Shown one piece after another: positions 1 through 10,500 of a stretch of 64,000 bases of DNA. Both the position numbers and the translations under genes were made by a program. Within the stretch, counting starts at the first letter, position 1. Each line of letters opens with the position of its first letter. The stretch is taken from contig DF237216.1 of assembly GCA_000708835.1 (NCBI GenBank), forward strand, positions 54,660 to 118,659, in the 5' to 3' direction. The notes beneath the pieces were generated by a model. That model searched no databases and was not told the origin of the DNA. It worked only from the letters and a program-made list of their open reading frames with translations. This DNA is from Klebsormidium nitens. Taxonomy: Eukaryota; Plantae; Klebsormidiophyceae.

Positions 1-769
1 ACTTCTTCCAGTTCCGAAGGCCATGACTCCGTCACCCCCCCATCAGACTGGGCCACCTCCTCTGCATGGGTTTCAAACTGAGGTTCCGCGATCCCCCCGG
101 AAGCATCCCCCTTCACAGTGACTTTTATCGGATTAGCCAGACTCGGCTCAGAGTAACCAAAATGCTGCCCTGTTGGTTGGTACACGTAAAGCAGAGCTGC
201 AATTGCGATGCCGGTGAACACAAACAGCGCTTTGCCCCGACACAAGCAGCCCAAACCGCAGCAAACGTTTCGGGGGGGCGGCTTCCCGTTATAGCGGTGG
301 GGCCGAGGCACCCCCCGGAACGCCATTGTTAGGGCTTCCAGCTTAAACCTCTTCGTTTGAGTCTCTTCAACGGATCTGAAATCGGCAAGCCACAGCAGAT
401 GTAATCCTTCTGCAGTTCAACTGTCTGCACATACGATTGCCTGAAAGTGAGAAAGTGCATCCAGGTGTGCAAACTTGCAGAAGCAATTTTCCAGAGGGAT
501 GAGCAGAGGAGCAAACGCCGCATTCCCAAGCCACATGCGGGCTCTAGGATCAGCTCCTACTACTAGATCAGCTCAGACCTGGAGGAAACGCCTGCCGCCC
601 TGCCCATCCCAGCCGCGCACCCAAATCCAAAGGACATTGGTCCTTTCTGTCGTGCAGCAGCATGGGGGCATTCAATATTGGCGCGGATTCAAAAATCAGC
701 TTGCTCAGGAGCCCCGCAGAGCCCCGGGTACTTAAAAGGAAAAGTTAAAACCTTAACCGAAAATGATAC

Positions 770-838
770 AAACCATTTACCGGCTTCTCGTACCCAATCT
801 AACCCCGAAGCTAACCCCAAGTGTGCCTCGGGTGCTTA
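770..838 (+). repeat. Dispersed ~70-bp repeat, copy 1 (CTAACCCC-rich core)
   Basis: aaaccatttaccggcttctc...ctaaccccgaagctaaccccaa...gggtgctta aligns by eye with the reverse complements of 44533-44605 and 62382-62442. Confidence 0.55.
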
Positions 839-1159
839 AATCGTTGTCAAAGAAAGATCTGAAAATTGAAACAATATGTAGGGCCTACCGTTGGGTTTGA
901 GCACCAAGTCAGCTGATCAAATCACCCTATCTAGTTGCTGTTTATGCAAGCCGTGGATCATATCCATCGACGCCTCTTGTGAAAAGCTTGCTTGCAGCCG
1001 ACGCAACTTAGCGCCGATTCTTAGCCGTCAAAAGCGCAAACTATGGTCTTGATCCTTATCGGACGGCGCCAATCCCTTCCCCCCTGGACACTGGTGGCCC
1101 TTCCTTCTCAAGTTTCCTCCGGCCATTGTGCTCTGCAAAGGAGAGCTCTGCATTCATAA

Positions 1160-1568
1160 GGCCGTCCGAACTTGATTGCCGGTTTCCTGTCCCCGACCGA
1201 CCCAAATTTCGAGAAATGTCCGAGTCGGCTGATATAATATTTTGGTTTTGAGATGCAGAAACACCGATATCCTTCACAATTTGAGACGTATGGTCCAAGT
1301 ATGAGGCTGCATATCAGCCGCAACCAAGCAAAGTCAATGCTCTGGAAGGTTGGTACCGGTGTCCCAGACTCAAACTTCTACCTGTCTGCGGCACACACAA
1401 CAGGTACCAACCGGGGTGCCTCTTTAGAAGTCAAACGGGCCCGGTAACGCTAATATGGGGCAAAATAACCCTTACCATTTTTCCCAGAATATTTATCAAA
1501 TCCTTCCGACCGACCGACCCACCCCTGGAGGGGGTGGACAGGAAACCGGAAATATAATTCGGACGGCC
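1160..1568. mobile_element. PIF/Harbinger (Tourist-like) MITE, 409 bp
   Basis: 33-bp terminal inverted repeats: GGCCGTCCGAActtgattgCCGGTTTCCTGTCC at 1160-1192 against the reverse complement of 1536-1568, 29/33 identical. Flanked by TAA at 1157-1159 and 1569-1571. A TAA/TTA target duplication with GGCC-starting TIRs is typical of PIF/Harbinger. Subterminal CCGACCGACCC motifs occur at both ends; no convincing coding capacity. Confidence 0.8.
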
Positions 1569-2086
1569 TAATATTCGAGACCTTGGAGGGCCATTTTCAG
1601 TGGGAATTTACAGACGGACGAAGGAGGTGCATTTCATGGGTGTTTAAGCTCGAGGGTATTGCGAATGTCCTTCCTCTCGCACAATTAGCACCTCTCCGTG
1701 GGCTTACCAAGCTTGCCGTCCGTTGTGCACTGTTCTCTGTGGTTACGTCAGTAGGGTTTGGTAAAAGGAGTCGCCCTTGCACAGCCTTTTGTGTGTCGGC
1801 CTGATAGTGAGGTGAGGATTGCACCTGATGCTTAATCTTTACTGCTTGATTCTCTCATGCTAGATGCTGTACGTCCAGTTGATTGGCTGCTTCATTGTGG
1901 TGTAAAGAGGTGATTCTTGACTCTGCGTTTCTTGTGGTCCGTCCGCCTGATTACTCCCCGTTTGCTAGAAGTGGCTTGTTTGGGTAATGAAATTCGGAGC
2001 TTTCTTCTGAGCTCTGCTCAACATCGTGACCTTTCCGCATTGAGAGGCACCAACAATCTGCAAGCACTTGAAATTTGCACAGGCAA

Positions 2087-2900
2087 CCCCCAACGAACGA
2101 ATCAAAGAAGGCACTCAACCACGCGTATGCTGGCTCCTGCTGTCAGTGAGAATATTCTCGGTTTGCTCTGCAGGCTCACTACCTGGTGTGATGGCTTCTG
2201 TTGCTGCAAAGCATGCTGGCTCGCTCCATGTCCAATGCTGGGCAAAGCAGCCTTCTGCCGTAGAGGATCAGAAGCTTTCATCTTCTTGGGAGCACGCTGT
2301 AATTTCGTCCGGAGCCAGCAGGAAGTCGGTGTGCAGAATGCAGGTGCGGTGCAGACGGTCTATCCTCCTCCATTCATCGGTTGGGCCACTTGCTGGCAAG
2401 TTTTGAGTACACTGCACATACACGCGCTCGCATATGGATTTTGCTCAAGTTTGTGGTCAGCGTGCAAGGAGGAAGTAATGGTGGGAGTCAAAAGCGATTG
2501 CAAGGTACACACAGCGGCCAGAGATAGTAGGAAAAGCAAAATCCTTAGCAATTCGACTCGCCATTTTGAGCATCAGGGCGTCAACTCCTGGCCTCTGTCG
2601 AGTACACTCAATTGCTCTTGTTCCAGATTATGGACGTTGCTGAACTGGATTCTTGATCGGCCATCTCTTGGCCCCAGATCAGATCACCTACTTTCACTTG
2701 CTGTTGTGCAGGTGAGGGGTTGGGGCCTCCCTCTGAATACGTTGGGACCGCGTATTCCGCAGCCCCGAGGCTGCAGGCGAGCAGTCGTTTCATGCGACGC
2801 TAGGCAGCCACACAAGTCTGGTGCTGAAGTGAGCAGTCAACCTCTGTCCTGGATTTGGTTTCCTGACAAAGTTTGCCACGCTGAGCACTTAAGGTTATGA
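2087..2900 (+). pseudogene. Decayed, spliced transposase-like fragment, possibly KDZ (Kyakuja-Dileera-Zisupton) type
   Basis: Segments in different frames read GVMASVAAKHAGS (~2185-2220), VMVGVKSDC (~2476-2503) and GEGLGPPSEYVGTAYSAAPRLQASSRFMRR* (~2712-2803). These loosely follow the KDZ order G..A..CxRHG / YDIxC / GxGxxDGExxERxWS...TRxM. Stops and frame changes are present and the similarity is weak. Confidence 0.3.
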
Positions 2901-3436
2901 AGTAACAAGCATCAAGCATAGCTGCTTGATACATCTGCAGCATTGAAGAGTGGTGCTGCCTGCAGAAAGCAGTCCAAGCTAAATTGCTTCTAAACACCAA
3001 ACAAACTGGCATGCATTAACGTTCTGATTGAGGCTCTGATTTTCAAACAGCTGCTCAGCAATCTGGTGCAAGTATATTTGGGGTTTCTGACTCTGGGGAC
3101 GGGAAGCAATTTTAATTTACAGACTCTATATACCCCACTCTGCTATCAGAATTTAGGGCTTAGTAACTCAAGGTGTATCAGTTGAACCCAAAATGCAAGG
3201 CCCAACTCATTCCTGATCATGATACAGTTTCAGAGGTCAAGAAAGCCGCCGCGTCAAATCATTTGTGTCAAACTGTGTTCCTTGATTATCATAACCATTG
3301 CGTTCAGAGCACGTATTTGCCGGCGGAAGGACTCAGTTCATGATTAGCAAACCGCCAAGCAATCATGATGTTTTGCCAATGTCACCAAACGAAGAAAACC
3401 ACCTCACTCAAGGCTTTGGTTCTTGTGCTTCTGCAG

Positions 3437-5992
3437 CTTCCTGAGAAGCGGAGCCGGGGCGGCTTCCGGTTGCAGAGTGTTGCGTGGCTTCCCCTTGTGT
3501 TGGCCATGGCGTCAGAGACTATGACCGGCGAGATCCATGTGGATCCTAGCATGGATTTCTACACCGACTGGCACTTCTCGCAGGAGTTCATCAAGCACTT
3601 TTGTAAGCGAGGCCTACTGCCTCAGCCTGAGTTGTTGCCTTTCTAAATTGGATGCATTCCTCGTAGCAACTTGCCTCCAAAACCGACTGGCACTTCTCGC
3701 AGGAGTTCATCAAGCACCTTTGTAAGCGAGGCCTACTGCCTCGGCCTAAGTTGTTGCCTTTCTAAATCGGATGCATTCCTGACAGCAACTTGCCTCCAAA
3801 GTGCTGTTGAAGAACAGTAAAGCAGATATGCAGGCAACTGTCTCCCAAATCGAGCAGTTGGAGAAGGGCTTTTTGAGTCAATGAACTCCTCTGCATTCAA
3901 CTACTTCGGAGTGTTTGAGACATGGCTCCTGAAAGCCCTCGGTTTCTTGCTTCAACCCTTGTCCAAAGCAACAGGTTAGCTGCTATGTATATGTTATCCA
4001 GGAGCCAAACTCGAAGGCCCAGATGTATGGGGAACCCACACCAAAAAGGAATGTCAGCAGTTGCACAAACTCGTTTGACTCTGGACCTCAATTTGTTGAC
4101 TGTTGGAACAATGGTTGAGGCCACATCCAAGGAAGCACCGCCGTCGAGAGCAGACTTTGCTAACTAAAGTTCTTGGGTCTCTGACGAGGGGCGTTGTTTG
4201 GTGTGCAGATGTCGCATTCATTTGCTGCTTCTCCTTTGGGTGCGTGTACTTCGGCTCCTTGAAGGTAGGTCCTCCCTGCCAAATGGGGCAGCGCACCTTT
4301 TGATTCCTATCTAGGGCATCTTTAGAGCAAGATATGCCATCCTGTTGCAAATGCTTTCTTGCAAATCGCAATCTAGTTGCGTCCATTTCCTCAAATGTTG
4401 CTTGCCAGTCTGGTTTTGATTCTCATGCTACCTTTGTTCCGCTTGGATAACTCCCTTGTTGCTAGATTTACAGCAACTGTGCACTTCGCATCAGAGTCCC
4501 GCAACTCATGGCCTTCTTGGCAAGTGTGCTTGAACATTCTCGTTACTCTCTGTGACTCTGGACGTGTCAGTGTCTTCGACGTCTTATTTCTGTAAGGATG
4601 GTCAAAAGGCCTTTGCTTTCAGCTTCCCAGAAACCAGCCAGCTTTAGGAAATGGTATTATGACCGCCAGTAAGTCTGAGCACTTCGTATGCATCAATTCG
4701 GACCGATTTATGCATAGGCGGTTCCGCTGGCGATCAATGACCAGTGATCTCAATGGGACGGTTGCCGCAGTATTCCTTGCTTTGAAAAGTTGCAGGTCGT
4801 TTACTGATTGAGCCTGCTGCCTTGTGAAACATTACAGTAGACGGGCACGGTCTCTTAAGGTGGTGGTGCCCGAACTCGACCTTTAGCAGCCTGCAAAATC
4901 ACCCCCATGAACCGTTTCCTTGCAGGATCCCTTCTATGAGGGTCCTGAGTCCGGCTACCGGGAGGACGGCGGAAACGGAACGGCGCACTGGTTCTACGAC
5001 GTGGTAAGTCGCCTGGCCAAGCGTCTTGGGAGCTCCGTTGCCCTCTACATCTTGAAAGAATGGGAGGCGTTCTTTTGATCGTCAAGTGCTGAACAGATAG
5101 GGAGAGACCGCTCTGCCAGCACTCCGCCTACTTGCAACTTTTTGAGGAGAGCCTCGTCACTTTCCAGTCTGCACTTATGCAGTACATGTCGACGTAGGCC
5201 GCATCGACCTAGTCGGTCCCACTCAGTATGCGACATGACGTAAGGTCCGGCATTTGATTGGGCCGCGTGTCCAAACCTCCATGTGTCGATCGCAGACCGG
5301 GGTCCGAGCCGCTTCAAATATGATTTGATGCTTAGCGTCATTTTATCGTCATCTTTTGACCTTCTGGAGAATCGGACGGCTCCAGTAACCAATGCGTGCA
5401 TCGAACGGTTTATCGGGCTACCTACATATTCATAATTTGCTCTTACAGATAACTTCCTAGCTACTTGGCTCATCTATTCCTACACTTATCTCTACCCTTA
5501 TCTCTCGTTTCCCTCTTCTTTTCCCCTCTTTGCTTTTACTCTTATCTCTCTTTTCCTCTCTATCTCTTGCCCATCTCTTGGCTGTGAGTTGGACCCCACC
5601 TCAGAATGAAGGTGATTTGCGTTTTCGCAAGAGCAGTTCTAACTTCTATTAGCAGCATATCATCAGGCTGAATATCGTCCTTTTGCTCTGGACCTCTTTG
5701 TGGGCGGCTTCTTGAAGCTCCCTAACAACCTTTTTGGAGAGACAGACCGGCACTGTTGCCAGTCTGCATGTCGCGAAGGAGAGGAACTTCAGGTCCTTCT
5801 GTACTTTGGAGATGAAGTATGCATGTCGTCTTCTGCAGAAAGAGGAGGAGGAGGAGGCCAGCCGGGAGCAGCTGGCGAAGCAGGTGCTTGCGCTCGAGAT
5901 GGCGCAGAAGGAGAAGGTGGTCCGGCAGCTGGAGGAGCAGCTGACCGTCAGAGCCGATTCTGCGGAGCCCAAGGAGACTGTCTCATCCTTGT
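3437..5992 (+). CDS. Orphan spliced exons of unknown product (partial, possibly pseudogenic)
   Basis: AG/GT-bounded, stop-free segments: 3437-3602 (LPEKRSRGG...DFYTDWHFSQEFIKHF), 4926-5003 (DPFYEGPESGYREDGGNGTAHWFYDV) and 5839-5992 (KEEEEEASREQLAKQVLALEMAQKEK..., coiled coil). The last two join in phase 0. The first cannot join directly, so other exons are missing. Confidence 0.4.
3563..3800 (+). repeat. Tandem duplication, 2 x 119 bp, spanning an exon end and GTAAGC donor
   Basis: accgactggcacttctcgcagg...acttgcctccaaa starts at 3563 and again at 3682, with few substitutions. Confidence 0.95.
5045..5473 (-). mobile_element. 142-codon ORF inside a + strand intron, possible non-LTR retrotransposon fragment
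   Basis: YEYVGSPI resembles the LINE RT 'FxYLGSxI' motif and LSIKSYLK...IDTW resembles the RTE-like 'LS..TK..LY....ETW' segment. It is bordered by a CT-rich tract at ~5475-5580. Weak. Confidence 0.25.
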
Positions 5993-7548
5993 GTAAGTAT
6001 TGGTTCCTCATGTTGTTCTCATTTCCAATCTTGTCCCGGGGCTCCGGACGGCGTCACAAGGTGTCGCTGGTATTGAAATATACGAGCTTACTAAGCTATC
6101 CGATTAGTTAGTGTTCTCAGCGGGTGTGCTTAACTGCTGGCACCCTTGGAGAGATACGAGCTTACTGTGCTATCCGAGTGGTTAGTATTCTCGCCGGGTT
6201 GGCTTGACTGCTTGCGCCCTGTGAATTGTCCAGACTTTCTCGACAACATCGCTGCAAAGGCGGTTTGTTTTTCACCAAAGAAGAAGCGGCGAAAAATGGT
6301 ATCGTGGAATAGGCACAATTCCTTGCTCATGTTTCTGCTGTGCGGTTCCAAAGCGTAGCACGTTTCCGGGAATGGACGCAACTCTGTTTATGCCACTGCC
6401 TACTGACAACCACCCGACCCATGTTGGTGAAAACGTGCTTCAACCAGGACTCGCTTGATGTGCTTTCGACATACTTTTGTATATGCTGACTTGTTCTGCG
6501 TCGCTTGTCACATTGCAGGATGGCCTAAATTGTCTGCGAATGATCAGGTATGCTTGCATGTAGAATCAGACCGCGTTGATTCGGGTTGTACATCACATCT
6601 TGATAGGTCGCATTGCTCGCACTCTTGACGGAGACTTGGAAGCATCTATCATCCATTGACGGTTGCTTTGACGCCGCCTACGCAGATGAAGCTGTGGTTT
6701 CACTTCATATTCTTAGGCGCTAGCTGTTAAAGCATTGAACTGTATCCGGCCACGATTCAAGGTTGTCTTAACTCTTGGAAATCGACTCTCCAATTTAGTA
6801 ATCTTCAAACTAGCTAGACATGCCACGACGGCTCAGCAGTGGTCCAAGTTATCGAACCTTGCCATGCCCAATGAAAGGGGCCAACTTGACTGCAGTTTCA
6901 ATGGGTATAATCTGTAATCGACATTGGGTCATTGTCGCCACGTATGTAACAGTGTCACACCAGGCCGCCGAGGTAGGATGCATATACTGTACAGATCGGT
7001 GCCAGCAGTCTTTTTACATTGTATGCTATGAAGTAGTAGACCATGCTGGTCCCAAGACTCTGCTTACTGTGCTATCATAGTATCGCTAGAATAATGTGAA
7101 GCTAATGATGGGCTAGGGGCCTTATTGCTCAGAGATATACATACATGCCAGGACACGCGTACCTAGCTACATCCGCGCATGCACAGTTGTAGTCGAGCAT
7201 GACGATCATGCTCGCTTGCTCATGACGTACCTATATATCACAGTAGGGCGGGGGCATAGTGAGAGCAAGCCGCATGCGACCGTTACTGATCGATGCGCTG
7301 CGGCCCGATCAGCCTGACCTTCAAGGCTTACTTCCCAATCTTTTAATGACCGCATGTCATAATTGACACCCTATATAGCGTTAGGTTCGGGTTGGACTTA
7401 GCATGGGTTTTCTGATTGATTGACTATCCGGCTGCTGACGGGCACTGAACTGCATGCCATGATGCGCTCACTGGCTCCCGCAACCCAAAATCATGCGACT
7501 GCAAGAAGTGTGCCGCCGGTTCAAACAGTAGTGATCTCGATCATGAGC

Positions 7549-10500
7549 CTACTCTTGCTGGCCCACAATCACTACGTTTCTAGGCGATATCTCGGGATCG
7601 AAGAGGGGAAACATTCGCACCCCACCTTTCGACGCAGTTGATCTCTGTCCCTTTCCTAAACTGCCAGTGTACAGCTTTCCTTGCTCTGGAAGTGACGCGC
7701 TCGTACCCTCCAAGCACTCGTTCATGTACATGAACCGGTCAAGTAAAATCAGTGACTCTAAGGGTCCCGCCATGGCCGTCCGAAGGGTCCAAAAGGGTCC
7801 GACGAGATCCTGCACGGAAAGAGCAGCCGTGTTGAAAAGCTTTACCGTGGATCTCAATGTTCGATCACTCCTTACCCTCGATAAAAAAAAGGATGGAGAG
7901 GTCGTCTGTGTACATTTGCTCTGCGGGTTTGGGTCAACTGCGCAAGGGAAATAGTTGCAGCCACCTTCCGCTCTGAGAACCGGCCACCTTTACAGGGTGA
8001 GAGAGAGAGAGGTACAGGACGACCATTGATGTTTATGGTCACGCAGGGAAAAAAAATCAAGCTGATAAGTGAGGTCCCGTTTGAGAAACGGACAGCTCTC
8101 CAATGAGGCCGCACAACGTTCCTCATAAAGGGTGCATCAGAATCCGAGATTTCCAATTGCTGGAGTTCAGAGAACGCTTTCTCGAGAATCTCCCAAAAGA
8201 AGCGTTTCACCATACTTGAAAATGAAGGATCGGTATAAATGTCAATTCACAGCAACAGATAGCCTCCGCACACGCATCCAACATGGAATTGAGGAGCGAC
8301 GGGAAAGCTCACATGAGAAAACAAACGAGGAAACTCGATACAGTCTTCGTTGACCTAGAGCGCGTCAAACGGCCTGAAGCACCTGTTCAAGTGCTCCGCC
8401 CAGAAGAGACGCGGTCAAGCGAACCCTCTTACCTTTGACGAACGGAGAGACTCCCAGACGTCCCCGATCTCGTTCTCGCTCACTTCCGGCAGGCCCAGCC
8501 GCTGCAGGGAATCCCTCGCAAACTCCACAAAGCGCGCGCGCTCGCTAGCGCGCTCTGGGGACGACCTTTCGTCTTCATACACCCGGGAAGACGCTCGGAA
8601 GCTCGTTTCTAGGGGGCCTGCTTCCGCTGCTACAGGTGTCGCTTGGCCGGCTGAGTCGGTCCGCTTTGACGAGGGACCAAGAGAGGACGGGAGGGTGTGA
8701 TCGGAAATCAAGTCGGTGTCAGACGGGCCAATTTTGACGATTGAAGATGGCGAAGACCCCACATGACTGGACCTCTCTTCCTTCAACCTATCGTTTGCAA
8801 GTTCGGGACGGCACTCTGAGTGCACTCCCGGGCTCGCGTCTCTATTCTCAGCTCCACTCCCGCTCTTTCTAATATTTGCACCGTTTTGGCTCGCTTTTCG
8901 CTCCCCCGCGCATGCTACACTAGTCTCGTGTTTGCTTCCCTCAACCCCTTTGGCAACCCTAGCCGAGCTCGTTTCTTCGTTAACCGAACAACCGTTAATT
9001 GGGGGTTCGCTAGCCGGGGCTTCGCTGACCAGGGGTCCACTAACCGGGGTTTCGCTGACCGGGGTTGCGCTAAGCGGGGCTGCGCTAACCGGAGTTCCGC
9101 TAACCGGTCGCTTCTTCTGCTTCCCGAGCACCGGCTTCGTCGCCCAAACGGCCGGGAAGTGCCTCGCAAGGAGCGTCTGGAATGCTGCCCTCAGCGTGTG
9201 CTTCGTGATGACGTCAGCGAACCCCGCCTCGCTCTGCGCGCGCCACCTGTCAGCGCTCTGGCAGGCGAGCATCCGGCCGTTGATTCCCAGGCCCCCAAAC
9301 CCCGTGGCTTTCACCGCCGCGCTGAGCGGAAACCCGTATCGCTGGTGTGAACACGCCCCGGAAGAAGGTCCCACCAGCCCCGACGGTTTACGGCTTGCGT
9401 CGCCAGGTTCGGAACAACACCCCGGGCAACTTTCAAGGGCAGACGTATCCTCCTGAATGTCCGGATGTAAGGATTGGGGGGTTTGGGGAGGGCCGGGAAG
9501 GGCGCTATTGCCACAAGCTGAGGGCTTTTGGGAATTTTGAGACCGACCGTTCTCAATAGTGTCCGAAGTCGTGGGAAGACTTCCGGATTGACCGTTCTGC
9601 ATAGCGTCCAAACGTTTCCGGCCGCTTTCGGAAGAGCTATTCTTCGGACGAGCAAACGGCTCCCGCTTATCGGTGCATGGGTCACACTCTGGACGGTCGG
9701 ATGGATTTCGGACGTTACCGGAGGAGCCATGTTGGGGAGAGGGTGAAGAATGTCCGCCGCTTTCGGACGGGCCATTTCGCAGACTGTCGGACGGCCCTCG
9801 AACGCTTGCTCGCAGGTTGGGGTTGGGGCGGCCGGTTGGGTTAGGGGAGTTTCCAGACGGAGGTTCGCTCGAGGCTTCGGTGACCAAGTTGTAACAGCAG
9901 CTGACGACGACGACCGCTTTCACGCTTGGGCACGCAGCAAACGTCCTGCAGGATGACGTCAGCAGGATGATGTCAGCAATCATTAACTCTACTAGTCGAT
10001 CAGCGGTCGGAAAGTGCCGGGTGGTCATTGCGGATATCATCTCGTTCTCCTCGCTCAGCGAATGCGGGGAAAATAGATGTCGCCGAAAGGGAACTTTTGA
10101 CTCTGTGCAGATTAGGTGGGGCTCCTCGCCGTTTACAAGGCGAGGAGCGTTTGCTGCTTAAAGCAAAATCAGGTAATTGACGACGACAAGAATGCTGGTA
10201 TGACTGGATGCACCAGATCAGATCTCATGATGATTTGCTGGAGGACAACAAAAAGCGGAAAGCTCCTGGATGCCGCTGCAGGCACGCGAGGTCGTTCATT
10301 ACATTCCGAACCAACGACCAGACAGAGATAGATGCACAAACAAGTACACGGGGTCCTGGTGACGAGAGGCCTTCAATTTACCATTGGAACGTACTGGACA
10401 GGATGGAAGCTTGACGTCCCCTCAGTAGACGCAAAGTCATCCCTTCCTTAAACACCAACACTCTTTCAAAAGTTCATATGCCGCGCACTGCACTTAGAAG

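Noticed and set aside
7194-7214. Perfect 9-bp hairpin (cgagcatga-cga-tcatgctcg) as a possible Helitron 3' end
   Set aside because: No CTRR terminus at the expected distance and no second copy.
7872-8213. ORF in METTL25 intron 4 with LEKAF, ININGRP and a nearby YTDD, suggesting a LINE reverse transcriptase
   Set aside because: The motifs are in different frames, the QGxxLSP motif is absent, and the region is an ordinary-looking intron, so chance is likely.
8820-9956. Multiple overlapping ORFs in GC-rich exons (also 14022-14613, 36316-37882, 47188-47525)
   Set aside because: Alternative-frame and antisense shadows of real GC-rich coding exons.
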